Assembly (NCBI GenBank): GCA_031385045.1
Contig: JANNBC010000048.1
Span: 64,001-128,000 of the forward strand
Origin: a bacterium
Lineage (GTDB): Bacteria; Bdellovibrionota_C; UBA2361; CALJRW01
Direction of reading: 5' to 3'
Length of the DNA stretch: 64,000 nucleotides
In this document: one piece after another, positions 49,131 through 59,219 of the stretch
Layout: every line of letters begins with the position of its first letter
Position numbering within the stretch: the stretch's first letter is position 1
The notes under the pieces: model-generated
Told to the model about the DNA's origin: nothing
Seen by the model: the letters and a program-made list of their open reading frames with translations, nothing else
Databases searched by the model: none
Made by a program: the position numbers and the translations under genes

Positions 49131-50106
49131 TATTATCCAAACAGCTAAGTCAGTCCTCGCCTCTGAAGCACAAGCAATTTGTGATCTAGCGGAAACTATT
49201 GACGAACATTTTGTCAGCTCCGTAAAAGCCATTTTGGAAATGGAAAGGCATGGACATGTAATTGTCTCTGGAATGGGAAAAGCGGGTTTAATTGGTACAA
49301 AAATTTCAGCAACATTAGCTTCAATTGGAACTGCTTCCTTTTTCTTACATCCAGCAGAAGCTTTACATGGAGATCTAGGTCGCTATCGAAAAAATGACAT
49401 TGCTCTAATCCTTTCTAATTCTGGGGAAACTGAAGAGATCTTAAAAACAATTCCTGCAATCCGCAGTATTGGATGTCCAATAATTTCAATCACTGCTACC
49501 CATGACAGTACACTAGCAAAGCAGAGCGATCTAACTATTGCCATTGGCAACTCAAATGAAGCAGGCAGTCTCGGATTAGCGCCAACAACCAGTACCTGTA
49601 AAATGCTGGCGATCGGCGATGCCTTAGCAATGTGCCTAATGCATGAGAAAGGTTTATCCGCCAAAGACTTTGCTTTTTATCATCCTGGAGGAAACCTAGG
49701 AAGAGCACTAGTAAAAGTATCAGAGCTAATGCGTACTGGAGATGAACTTTGCGTTCTAAGCGATCAGCTCTCAATTCAAGAAGTAATTAAAAGCTATAGC
49801 GCCACAAAAGGTCGTCCCGGAGCTTCAGTATTAGTCAATCAAGCAGGTAAAGTCACCGGAATATTTACAGATGGTGACTTAAGACGTTGTCTGGATCAGG
49901 GCCTTAACTTTTTAAACCAACCAGTTTCCTCTGTAATGGGCAAATCTCCAAAATCAGTCAGACCCGATCTACTGGCAATGGAAGCATTAAAAGCCATGTC
50001 ACAATTTAAGATCGACCAAATTATTGTGATGAATGACAACTGTGAGCCCTTGGGAATGTTAGATATTCAGGACATCTGTTTCTTAGTCCCCGGCTCTCAA
50101 ATCTAA
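49120..50106 (+). CDS. kdsD: arabinose-5-phosphate isomerase (KpsF/GutQ family)
   Basis: GMGKAG, HPAEALHGDLG, SNSGET, APTTST, HPGG, CBS pair. Confidence 0.92.
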   Translation: MNSSIIQTAKSVLASEAQAICDLAETIDEHFVSSVKAILEMERHGHVIVSGMGKAGLIGTKISATLASIGTASFFLHPAEALHGDLGRYRKNDIALILSNSGETEEILKTIPAIRSIGCPIISITATHDSTLAKQSDLTIAIGNSNEAGSLGLAPTTSTCKMLAIGDALAMCLMHEKGLSAKDFAFYHPGGNLGRALVKVSELMRTGDELCVLSDQLSIQEVIKSYSATKGRPGASVLVNQAGKVTGIFTDGDLRRCLDQGLNFLNQPVSSVMGKSPKSVRPDLLAMEALKAMSQFKIDQIIVMNDNCEPLGMLDIQDICFLVPGSQI

Positions 50107-50222
50107 ATAATTCGCAATTAGCCAACAACTTTTGAAAATAAATATCGATTAGTTAATAAGCAAGAATCAGCAGTGTCCCGATTAAAGTTTTAAAAATCTT
50201 TCAATTAACTCGATTAATAAAA

Positions 50223-50633
50223 ATGATTCATAATAATCTAGCGGGATTCACATTAACTGAATTACTATCAGTCATCATGCTTGTAGGAATAGTCTGGGCG
50301 ATCTCTAATTTAACTGGATCCGAAATACAAAAAACAATTACAGCTAAAACTGAACTAGAGCAGTTAAAATTAGAATTCGAAAAACAAATATCATATGCAA
50401 ATATTACCAAAGAAAAAATTCAAATAATTCCAGAGAATATAAGACTAAAGGTTATCGGGAATAAATTTATCTACGAAATTCCACTAAAAAATCAACTCCT
50501 AATTAATTCTAACGAACATCAACTAAATTTTCACCCCAGGCAAGTTTGCTCTCCAGCCAGTATTTCCTCGAATGCAAATAAAAGCTGTCATTTAATAATC
50601 TCCTTGCGATGTCGTATGCGAATTCAATGCTAA
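50223..50633 (+). CDS. prepilin-type protein (FimT/GspH-like)
   Basis: AG|FTLTEL class III signal. Confidence 0.75.
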   Translation: MIHNNLAGFTLTELLSVIMLVGIVWAISNLTGSEIQKTITAKTELEQLKLEFEKQISYANITKEKIQIIPENIRLKVIGNKFIYEIPLKNQLLINSNEHQLNFHPRQVCSPASISSNANKSCHLIISLRCRMRIQC

Positions 50634-50878
50634 GTTTTAATCATAATGGATTTGGTCTACTCGAAATATTACTTAGCTTAATAATTTTGAGTCTGATGAT
50701 TGGTTCGATCCTCTCCCTTCAAAACAAATCATTATTAGAACGCAACATTAGTCGACCAAAGTTCGATTCAGCTTCAGGTGAATTTAAAAATTGCCAAATA
50801 AAGAGAATAAAAACTTATAAGATACTAGTTTGTAATGAACTCAATTTCCCTAATCTTCCAAAATATATCTTCTTTTAA
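50627..50878 (+). CDS. prepilin-type protein (PilV/GspI-like)
   Basis: NG|FGLLEIL class III signal; small size. Confidence 0.7.
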   Translation: MLSFNHNGFGLLEILLSLIILSLMIGSILSLQNKSLLERNISRPKFDSASGEFKNCQIKRIKTYKILVCNELNFPNLPKYIFF

Positions 50879-51719
50879 CATAACTCAAAGGCAACAGGCT
50901 TCAAGTCTGATCGAATTACTAGTAGTAATCTCACTCAGTCTCTTTCTTTCCTTAGTTGGCTATCAAGTCCTAAAAACTTCAATCGCAATTAAAAAAGTTA
51001 TCGGTATTGATTATCAAAAAAGTTATCAAGCCGTGCGGCTTAAAAGTTTAATCGAAGATATAATTCAAGATCTCAGCTGGCATACTTTGCCAATTGAACC
51101 AAAGATTTTCGGTAAAGGCGAAATTAATATTGATGGCGATCCATTTCTACTTAGTAGCGATCCATTAAAACTACCAAACGTAAGATCGGATGCGATTAGC
51201 TACCTGAGCCTAGATTATTCTCATTTAATCCATGTTACTTTGAATGAAAATCTAATCTTAGAAGGTTGTAGTGATAAGCTTATTCCTAATATTCTATATA
51301 ATTTTATTGGAATTGACTTGGGTGGAGTTAGCTATTTCCAAGGCTATGCTAGAAAAATAGCAGTAGGTTGCTATCAATTCCAAGTTATTCAAATGCCAAA
51401 TTTAATCTTGGCTAAACGTCATGAGAAGTTTCCGATATTTACTAAAATCTTGATTCCAGTGGTTGATGAATATTTAGTATATGTAGATCGAACAAATCAA
51501 CTTCGATATGTAACACTTAAAGGCTTAAATATTTTGGAAAACCAGCCAGTTTTTGAAGATGCTCCAGATTTATCACTTAGCCTGATTAAATATGAACAGG
51601 TCTGGCAATTAGATTTAAGGTGGAAATATCCAGAGCAGCTACCAGAGAAAGAATTTAAGCAAGTTGGGACAGCTCGACTTGCTCGCCAGTCACTCGGAAA
51701 TTTATTATTAAACTTATGA
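50835..51719 (+). CDS. prepilin-type protein (PilW/GspJ-like)
   Basis: A|SSLIELLVVI; size and position in the cluster. Confidence 0.7.
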   Translation: MNSISLIFQNISSFNITQRQQASSLIELLVVISLSLFLSLVGYQVLKTSIAIKKVIGIDYQKSYQAVRLKSLIEDIIQDLSWHTLPIEPKIFGKGEINIDGDPFLLSSDPLKLPNVRSDAISYLSLDYSHLIHVTLNENLILEGCSDKLIPNILYNFIGIDLGGVSYFQGYARKIAVGCYQFQVIQMPNLILAKRHEKFPIFTKILIPVVDEYLVYVDRTNQLRYVTLKGLNILENQPVFEDAPDLSLSLIKYEQVWQLDLRWKYPEQLPEKEFKQVGTARLARQSLGNLLLNL

Positions 51720-52504
51720 AAGGTTTAATTAGTATCTACTTACTAATTATCTTAATGATCTCTACAGTATTAATCCTCGGTACATTTGAAGAGACCTTTA
51801 GCATGTTAACTCAGATTAAATTTAGCATCAGTCATCAAAGAAAAATTGCAAATCAACAAGAAATTTTGCTTGGTCAATTAACAGACCTGGATCCTACCAC
51901 TTCCCAAAGGAAGTTTTGCGTTCAGAATCAATCGGAAAAACTTTGTTACTTAAACAATAGTTTATTTGATCAAGGCAATCAGTCCGACATCATTGCAAAT
52001 CTTAGTAATCAAAATCTACTACTAGACTTCGCTAATTATGAACGATTAAGCGAAAAATGTGTTTATTCAATCCCAGCACAAAACCAGCTAGAATGGAACT
52101 TGGTTAACCCCAAAACCTGCTTACAAATTAAATCTTCATTAAAACCTGAAGCTTATTATGAATTTAACTTGGCATTGGAAGATTTTGAAATATCAACTAA
52201 GCAACTGTTACTTATAAATGGATATACTGCAATTAATAACCTACTAGTCATAAAAAATGCTACGATCATTAGTCTTGGAGACTTAATCATCGATAATTTA
52301 ATCCTTACCGAACAGGCGGAAATCAATTTAATTTCGGTTCGCGGCAAAGTACATATTCGACATTATAGCGAGGATGCTCATTTGTTTCAGAAAACTGATT
52401 CTTGCTGGCAAATTGGCTCTGGCTATAAAAGACCTTCTATCCCAAATCTAAAATTTATCGAAACAATGGCCTTTAGCCTAACTCCCAAAATCCCAAGCAA
52501 TTAA
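51716..52504 (+). CDS. prepilin-like protein (PilX/GspK-like)
   Basis: KG|LISIYLLIIL lacking Glu5; last gene of the cluster; ATGA overlap. Confidence 0.6.
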   Translation: MKGLISIYLLIILMISTVLILGTFEETFSMLTQIKFSISHQRKIANQQEILLGQLTDLDPTTSQRKFCVQNQSEKLCYLNNSLFDQGNQSDIIANLSNQNLLLDFANYERLSEKCVYSIPAQNQLEWNLVNPKTCLQIKSSLKPEAYYEFNLALEDFEISTKQLLLINGYTAINNLLVIKNATIISLGDLIIDNLILTEQAEINLISVRGKVHIRHYSEDAHLFQKTDSCWQIGSGYKRPSIPNLKFIETMAFSLTPKIPSN

Positions 52505-52541
52505 TACCCGCCCCATGCTAATTCCAAGATCAAATGGCTTT

Positions 52542-52610
52542 CCCCGAGTTCTCTGATACCAAAATAGAACGGTGAAATCGTTATTTCATCCTCCCGATAT
52601 CTCTGATACT
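52542..52610 (+). repeat. tandem pair of the dispersed motif flanking a hairpin
   Basis: CCCCGAGTTCTCTGATACC (52542) and TCCCGATATCTCTGATACT (52592), 50 bp apart; GGTGAAAT-cgtt-ATTTCATC between them. Confidence 0.7.
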
Positions 52611-52646
52611 TGGGTTTTAAGTGAAGTCTTGGTATATAGATAACTA

Positions 52647-53516
52647 ATGATTATCATTCACACCGCAATTCACCCGGAAGCCAAACCACTAATTTCCATG
52701 TTACAGCTAAAACGGGACTTAGATTTTGCTGTTTTCGAATTATACCAAAATAAGGAATTTGCTTTAGTTGTCTCAGGGATTGGTAAAGTTAATACTGCAA
52801 TTGCCTTAGCTACAGCTATTCAATATTTAAAAGGACAAGGACAGCTTATCTCTGGCTCAACCCTAGTAAACTTCGGCTTAGCTGGAGGAACAGGGGAATT
52901 TCAATTTGGAGAATTATACTATGTTCAAAAAATTACTGACCAAGCAACAGAGGCAAACTACTATCCAGACTTAATTTATAAACATCAACTACCTCCCGCA
53001 ATCTTAACAACATTTGATCGCCCAGTTGCTCGTGCTAGCTTTCCAGAATTATCTAATACTCTTGTGGACATGGAGGCTTCCGCATTTTTTCACACAGCAA
53101 ATAAATTTGTTGATGTCCATCAAATTCATTGCCTTAAAATTTTGATTGATCATTTAGCTCCAGAAGACTTTAAAATTGATCTTGTCAGTGAATTAATTGA
53201 TAAAAAGCTCAACCTAATAAAAGACTTTTTAGATTCCTTACCTAGATCTCCAATCTTAGAAGACTTAAGTCTAAATGAGATTGCCGAAGAGCAAACAATT
53301 GAAAAAGTGATTGCTGATTTAAAACTGAGTAAATCGCAAGCACAACAACTTCGAGATCTAGTAATGCAATACCACACGATGACTCACCTACTCTTTGCTG
53401 ATTTTATTCGAAGCTATCATTACCGAGTCTCGGAACACAAAAGTATTAATGCCAACAGTTTTGAAAAACTAAAAGCAAAACTATCAATTGAAATTGGAAA
53501 GCACCTTGGAAACTAA
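52647..53516 (+). CDS. nucleoside phosphorylase/MTAN-fold protein (SPL-associated)
   Basis: VVSGIGKVN, NFGLAGG, VDMEASAF, KILID. Confidence 0.8.
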   Translation: MIIIHTAIHPEAKPLISMLQLKRDLDFAVFELYQNKEFALVVSGIGKVNTAIALATAIQYLKGQGQLISGSTLVNFGLAGGTGEFQFGELYYVQKITDQATEANYYPDLIYKHQLPPAILTTFDRPVARASFPELSNTLVDMEASAFFHTANKFVDVHQIHCLKILIDHLAPEDFKIDLVSELIDKKLNLIKDFLDSLPRSPILEDLSLNEIAEEQTIEKVIADLKLSKSQAQQLRDLVMQYHTMTHLLFADFIRSYHYRVSEHKSINANSFEKLKAKLSIEIGKHLGN

Positions 53517-54510
53517 ATTAAGCCGTGCCTTTGATACGATTTATATTGAGAAAGATGCCAAAGATTACCCAGTTACAATTAATATTCTAAACCAATTTAA
53601 AAAATCACAGCAAATTTCCATCAATTCGTATCAAGAAATATTTAATCGTAATCGACAAGATTTTAGACAACAAAAGCTCTCGCCCAAGCTGATTTTGGCG
53701 ATTAAAAAAGATTCCTATCTTTACCCTGGGAGCTCTTTTACTCCAAGCTTTAACCAACCACATTTCTTTTATAATGCAATGGCTCTAAACTGCCTATATG
53801 ACTGTAGTTATTGCTACTTACAAGGCATGTTTAACTCAGCAAATTTAGTAATCTTTGTTAATGAACAAGATTTCTATCAAGCAACATTAGATAAGCTAAA
53901 AGAATTAGGAAGTTTGTACTTAAGTATTTCCTATGATACTGATTTACTAGCAATTGAACATTTAACTGGCTACTGTGCAAAGTGGATCACACTTTGTCAG
54001 CAGAACCCGAAACTCCTTGTCGAATCAAGAACTAAAAGTGTCAACTTTAATGCCATCAAAGAGCTAGCTCCAGTTGATAATTTTATTTTATCTTGGACAC
54101 TGAGTCCACTAAGCGTGAGCCAAAGGATTGAAATTAATACTCCAAGTCTTGTTAGTAAAATAAAAGCTATTCAGAATGCCCAAGCACAGGGATGGAAAGT
54201 TAGAATCTGCTTTGACCCACTATTAATGCACGTAGATTGGGCTAAGCAATATAAAGATCTAATCAAATTAATTAATAGTGAATTAGACTTAAATTTGATT
54301 AGAGATTTTAGTATTGGAAGCTTTCGAATGAATGATAGCTTTTATAAAAAAATTCAAAAAAGCCGTCCACAAGATCCGCTTTTTGCTTATCCGTACGACC
54401 GCATTGAAGGAATTATTTCTTATCCTGAAGAGCAAGATCAAAAACTTAAGCTGACCGTTTGTGATTTATTAAAAGAAAGTGGTGTGCCTACAGAAATGAT
54501 CTTTTGCTAG
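53488..54510 (+). CDS. spore photoproduct lyase-like radical SAM protein
   Basis: NCLYDCSYCYLQG, ESRTKS, SWTLSP, CFDP; TTG start. Confidence 0.85.
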   Translation: MKLESTLETKLSRAFDTIYIEKDAKDYPVTINILNQFKKSQQISINSYQEIFNRNRQDFRQQKLSPKLILAIKKDSYLYPGSSFTPSFNQPHFFYNAMALNCLYDCSYCYLQGMFNSANLVIFVNEQDFYQATLDKLKELGSLYLSISYDTDLLAIEHLTGYCAKWITLCQQNPKLLVESRTKSVNFNAIKELAPVDNFILSWTLSPLSVSQRIEINTPSLVSKIKAIQNAQAQGWKVRICFDPLLMHVDWAKQYKDLIKLINSELDLNLIRDFSIGSFRMNDSFYKKIQKSRPQDPLFAYPYDRIEGIISYPEEQDQKLKLTVCDLLKESGVPTEMIFC

Positions 54511-54552
54511 TTTGGTTGGACAATGTCTGTTGGTTAAATATCGCTAAACTCT

Positions 54553-54963
54553 TTAAATTGATTGGAGAGTCACAATAATATTACGAATAGAACCGCGCTG
54601 GCGATGTTCCCAAAGATAGATCCCCTGCCACTGGCCTAACATTAAGTTACCTTGGGAGATGGGAATAGTTAAGCATGTATTAGTTACAACAGATTTTAAA
54701 TGCGCCGGCATATCATCTGCTCCCTCATAGATATGAGTATAGTTGGGATCATTTTCAGGAATGAAGCGGTTAATCCAAGATTCTAAATCATTCCTCGCAG
54801 ATGAGTCAGCATTCTCTTGAATAGTTAAGCTGGCCGAAGTGTGTTGAATAAAGAGGTGACAAAGACCACTTTCGATTGTCCTCTGATTAACTAGTGAAAT
54901 TACCTGTTCTGTAATTTCCTGTAACCCCTGTCTAGTTGTTTTAATTTTAAGACTAGTGATCAT
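54553..54963 (-). CDS. yjbQ: YjbQ (UPF0047) family protein
   Basis: HTSASL, QENAD, H..EG.DDMPAHLK, LGQWQGIYLWEHR. Confidence 0.9.
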   Translation of the reverse strand: MITSLKIKTTRQGLQEITEQVISLVNQRTIESGLCHLFIQHTSASLTIQENADSSARNDLESWINRFIPENDPNYTHIYEGADDMPAHLKSVVTNTCLTIPISQGNLMLGQWQGIYLWEHRQRGSIRNIIVTLQSI

Positions 54964-55601
54964 TATAAGTTCACCAACAGCACTTGAAAGATACCAATCA
55001 AAAGACCAATCACACCACCAACAATTTCTACAAACTTAAATTCTCGATGCATCACAGACAAGACTATCTCCTCTAGACGCTCTGAGGAAAAATTAGCAAC
55101 TTTATCATAAACAGTATCGCGAATATCAAAACTAGTTTCTAAATCGGAAGAAATATTATTAATCGTGTTTGCAACGGAACCTTCTAGTTCCTTAGCAATT
55201 AAGTTTTTAATAGTGTTGGCAAGTTCATTATTTAAAAACATGCCTAGCATTGGAATTGCAACAGGAAGCTTGTTGGTGATAATATTATCAATTTCCGTAA
55301 CAATAACCTTACGTAAATCAACAGCATTTAATGTTTGATCTAATTTAGATTTTAAATCTTGAACACTTAATAATTCGGTAGACACCACGTGAGCAATTTT
55401 TTCTGCAAGCACTAACTGTCTTTTAGGAAAAACACCTTGGATATTAAAGCCTAAAACATTTACTGCCGCTCTTGGCCTAAAAAGCATTTTGACGGCAACC
55501 CAGTTTGTGAACCAGCCGATCAAAGCACTGATTACTGGAATAATCAGCCATAAATAAGCATTAATAACAGCTGAAATTTCGGGAAACGACTCTTCTATCA
55601 T
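54963..55601 (-). CDS. DUF445 family membrane protein
   Basis: IGWFTNWVAVKMLFRP; EFKFVEIVGGVIG. Confidence 0.88.
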   Translation of the reverse strand: MIEESFPEISAVINAYLWLIIPVISALIGWFTNWVAVKMLFRPRAAVNVLGFNIQGVFPKRQLVLAEKIAHVVSTELLSVQDLKSKLDQTLNAVDLRKVIVTEIDNIITNKLPVAIPMLGMFLNNELANTIKNLIAKELEGSVANTINNISSDLETSFDIRDTVYDKVANFSSERLEEIVLSVMHREFKFVEIVGGVIGLLIGIFQVLLVNL

Positions 55602-55784
55602 AGAAATATACCTAGTTTGATATTAACGGGAATTAGTTTTTGGAGCTATAATATAACAGTGAATCCAATTTTTTCCAATTCAGAATAATCTTTACGGATG
55701 TTTAAAGTTCGCTTGCTAGTTTATATTCATTTTAGTTCTAAATTTCTGTATTATCACATAATCAGCTTTAATAAATTTCTTCTA

Positions 55785-56267
55785 ATGATTAAACAACGTC
55801 CTAAAACAATTACCTTTGACAATCCAATTGCTGGTGGCTATCAGACATTTAAGAAAGTCTTTGGAGTTATTCTTGTGCTAGTTGCAATTTATGCGGGAGG
55901 TTCGATTTGCCTATTTGGAATTAAAGCAATTAAAGGTCAGGTCACCTTAACCGATAACAGTTTTATCAAACAAATTGTTCCAGAAGATGGAGCAGGCCGC
56001 TCATTTAAACTAAACCTACCGACAGATAATCCAGAAAAAGCCATACAAACGGTTATTGAAATTCCTAGAAATATGCTACTAGTGTCAGCCTTATTTATTG
56101 GAACTTTAATTTTCGGATTAATCGCTCGACTTATTATCGCCTTATTAAATGGTGGGATAAGCTTAATGAAAGATGATGTCTCTTTTGTTTTTGAAAGACT
56201 TCGTAGAGAAATCGAAAGAAACAAAATACCAACAATATCTACTGATTCTGATCTAGATAGGCCTTAA
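55785..56267 (+). CDS. hypothetical membrane protein (2 TM)
   Basis: Two hydrophobic helices; ATG 55785 preferred over 55698. Confidence 0.65.
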   Translation: MIKQRPKTITFDNPIAGGYQTFKKVFGVILVLVAIYAGGSICLFGIKAIKGQVTLTDNSFIKQIVPEDGAGRSFKLNLPTDNPEKAIQTVIEIPRNMLLVSALFIGTLIFGLIARLIIALLNGGISLMKDDVSFVFERLRREIERNKIPTISTDSDLDRP

Positions 56268-56853
56268 CAGTGGAAACGATAGTTTGAGTTTGTCGATCGA
56301 TTTCTAAATTTAATTCATCCCCAATTAAATAATTTTTCAAGTTAGTTAGGCGTAAGGTTTCAGGAATCAAACTCACTTGAAAAGAGTTTTGGTTAGAATC
56401 TGGGGAGACGATTGTTAAACTTGCCCCATGAAGCCCAACATAGCCTTTAGGTAAAATATATTCCATAAATTTTGCATCAACTTGTAGAGTAAGAAGATAA
56501 TTATTTTCTGGCTGTTTTAAATCAATTATTATGACTGTGGTATCAACATGCCCTGAAAGCAAATGCCCACCAAGTTCATCACCAAATTTCAAAGAACGCT
56601 CGATATTTACTAGCACTCCTAGCTTTAAAAACTTTAAAGTCGTTACTTTCAAAGTTTCCGCAATTATATCAAAATAAACATTATGGCCTTCAATTTGTGT
56701 TACTGTCAGGCAAACTCCATTGACACTAACACTAGCACCGATCTTTAAATCTAATAGTAGCTCCTCGGTCAGTGCAACAGCAAAACGAGTTAAGCCATTT
56801 TTATTTTCTAGTTCACTAACCGGAAAGGTGCCCTGAATAATCCCTGTAAACAT
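56239..56853 (-). CDS. ribC: riboflavin synthase (alpha chain)
   Basis: MFTGI start, NGVCLTV, GGHLLSGHVD, LIPETL. Confidence 0.95.
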   Translation of the reverse strand: MFTGIIQGTFPVSELENKNGLTRFAVALTEELLLDLKIGASVSVNGVCLTVTQIEGHNVYFDIIAETLKVTTLKFLKLGVLVNIERSLKFGDELGGHLLSGHVDTTVIIIDLKQPENNYLLTLQVDAKFMEYILPKGYVGLHGASLTIVSPDSNQNSFQVSLIPETLRLTNLKNYLIGDELNLEIDRQTQTIVSTVKAYLDQNQ

Positions 56854-57671
56854 TATTTATTTCCTTTAGCTTTTTGACAGGCTGGACAAAAATGCGTGCC
56901 TCGTCCCGCAAACTTAATCTTAACAATCACTTTATTACAACGCGGACAAGACTCCCCTTCCCGATTAAATACTTTTAACATATTTTGGAAATTTCCGCCT
57001 TTAGATTCTTCAAAATAGAAATTAATAAAAGTTGTCCCTTGATGCTTAATACTAAAGTTTAAAATTTGAGGTATTGCTTTAAACAATTCTACTATTTGAA
57101 TCTTAGAAAGATTACCCGCTTTGGTCGCTGGATGAATTTTTGCTTGCCAGAGAACCTCATCCACATAAATATTTCCGAGCCCAGCTACTTTTGATTGATC
57201 TAATAAATAAGCCTTAATATTCTTGGCTGATTTATTTAAAGCTGCTTGGAATGGTGCTAATTTAAAATCTTCTCCAAGTGGCTCTGGTCCTAATTTCTTT
57301 TCTAAAATAGTTAAATCAGGATGATATTCTACAGTACCAAATTTTCTGGTATCAACAAAATGCATTTTACCCTGACTTAAATCTAAGGAAAAAGTCGTAT
57401 GCTTCGGGGCTTGAGCATTAAACTGGAATTGTCCCGTCATTCGTAAGTGAAAAATGAGATAGCCTTCAGATAAATGTAAGACAATATACTTAGCACGTCG
57501 CGTAACTTGGATAATTTTTTTCCCAAGAATTTTATTTTTAAGAACATGAAAAGAGGAGTGCAAGATTATGCGAGAATAATTCTGATAAATCTGACAATTT
57601 TTAATAGTCTTATTTTCAAGCTTTGGCCGAATGCTTTTAACAACAGTTTCAACTTCAGGTAGCTCAGGCAT
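56853..57671 (-). CDS. mutM: formamidopyrimidine-DNA glycosylase
   Basis: MPELPEVE, HLRMTG, GLGNIYVDE, CPRC...CPAC zinc finger. Confidence 0.97.
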   Translation of the reverse strand: MPELPEVETVVKSIRPKLENKTIKNCQIYQNYSRIILHSSFHVLKNKILGKKIIQVTRRAKYIVLHLSEGYLIFHLRMTGQFQFNAQAPKHTTFSLDLSQGKMHFVDTRKFGTVEYHPDLTILEKKLGPEPLGEDFKLAPFQAALNKSAKNIKAYLLDQSKVAGLGNIYVDEVLWQAKIHPATKAGNLSKIQIVELFKAIPQILNFSIKHQGTTFINFYFEESKGGNFQNMLKVFNREGESCPRCNKVIVKIKFAGRGTHFCPACQKAKGNK

Positions 57672-57725
57672 TGAACAGGAATGGTGAGGAGTTATCCTAG
57701 TATTCTAAGATAACTCCAAATTGTA

Positions 57726-58991
57726 CTAGTATAAACCAGGAACAGGATATGCTTGGCAAAATTCTTTAACTTCTGCTTTGATCTTCACAAGCTTATCAGT
57801 ATCTTTATGCTCCTTAAGAGTCGTAACAATCCAGTTAGCTAACTGCTTCATTTCTTGCTCTTTCATTCCACGACTAGTGGCTGCTGGCGTTCCCAAACGA
57901 ATTCCACTTGGTCTTAAAGGTGGATTTGGATCATCAGGAATAATTTGTTTATTACAAGTAATATTCACTTCATCTAATAAGTGCTCAGACTCAGTACCAT
58001 TTAAGCCAAAGCTTGCTGCTGTATTAGCAACCATCATGTGATTATCCGTACCACCAGTAATTAATTCACAATTATTCTTCATTAATTCATTTGCAAGCGC
58101 TTTAGAGTTAGCTAAAACTTGTTTAGCATAAACTTTAAATTCAGGCTCCAAAACTTTCTTCATCGTAACAGCAATCGCTGCTACAGTTTGCATATGTGGT
58201 CCACCTTGCAAGCCTGGGAACACTGACTTATCAATATCCTTAGCATATTTTTCTTTGCAAAGAATCAAACCAGCTCTTGGTCCACGCATTGATTTATGAA
58301 CAGTAGTAGTAACGATATCAAAACCATACTTAAGTGGATTTCTCATCTCCCCAGCAGCAATCCATCCACCAATGTGGGAGACATCCGCCATTGTGATGGC
58401 ACCAACTTCATCCGCAACTTTTTTAAAATCTGCATAATCTAAATCACGCGGATAAGATGTATAACCACAAAGTACGATCTTTGGACGATGTTCCTTAGCA
58501 ACTCTCATTAGATCATCAAAATCAATCTTACCTTCATTCTGAGGATCGGTCTTATAACGAACAAAGTTAAAAATTTTCCCCATGTGAGAAACAGGAGCGC
58601 CATGCGTTAAATGCCCGCCATGAGAAAGATCCATTCCAAGAACAGTATCTCCTGGCTTCAAGAAAGCTAAGTAGGCAGCTTGGTTCATCGGCGATCCAGA
58701 AAGAGCTTGTACATTAGCGTGTTCAGCACCAAAAGCTTGCTTAGCTCGCTCAATTGCTAAACTCTCAATTACATCAGTATATTCCTGACCCCCGTAGTAG
58801 CGTCGCCCAGGGTATCCTTCAGCATATTTATTTGTAAAAATGGATCCATTAGCAGCAAATACCTCAGGGAAAACATAATTCTCAGATGGAATTAATTCGA
58901 TACCATCCTTCTCACGCTGCTCCTCACCTTTAATCGCGTTATAAATTTCAGGGTCATTTTGCTGAAGAAGTTCTAGACACTTGGGATGCAT
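57726..58991 (-). CDS. glyA: serine hydroxymethyltransferase
   Basis: ELIPSEN, NKYAEGYPG, HGGHLTHG, TTTVHK, SGIRLGTP. Confidence 0.97.
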   Translation of the reverse strand: MHPKCLELLQQNDPEIYNAIKGEEQREKDGIELIPSENYVFPEVFAANGSIFTNKYAEGYPGRRYYGGQEYTDVIESLAIERAKQAFGAEHANVQALSGSPMNQAAYLAFLKPGDTVLGMDLSHGGHLTHGAPVSHMGKIFNFVRYKTDPQNEGKIDFDDLMRVAKEHRPKIVLCGYTSYPRDLDYADFKKVADEVGAITMADVSHIGGWIAAGEMRNPLKYGFDIVTTTVHKSMRGPRAGLILCKEKYAKDIDKSVFPGLQGGPHMQTVAAIAVTMKKVLEPEFKVYAKQVLANSKALANELMKNNCELITGGTDNHMMVANTAASFGLNGTESEHLLDEVNITCNKQIIPDDPNPPLRPSGIRLGTPAATSRGMKEQEMKQLANWIVTTLKEHKDTDKLVKIKAEVKEFCQAYPVPGLY

Positions 58992-59219
58992 AAAGTATTC
59001 CTAATTTAAAGTAAATTTCTAATATAGTTGCCGAAAAAAGTAATTTACGGCGAGTATGAATAATCGATTCTCATACTACAAAAACAATACCAATAGCATT
59101 TCATAAAAATCTTACAAACAACAAAGATCTATAAGAAAGGCTATCAATCAAAAAAGTAGTAAAAAACTATCCTTTTTTACTTGCGAAATCAAGCTTTCTA
59201 GAGCTATCCTTTAGCGGTA

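Noticed and set aside
52542..52610. Mini CRISPR array
   Set aside because: Only two imperfect 19-bp repeats with a 50-bp period, no cas genes, and the same motif occurs singly elsewhere.
58992..59219. Fluoride riboswitch before crcB or ZTP riboswitch before glyA
   Set aside because: Consensus elements not found; only a simple hairpin near 59053-59077.
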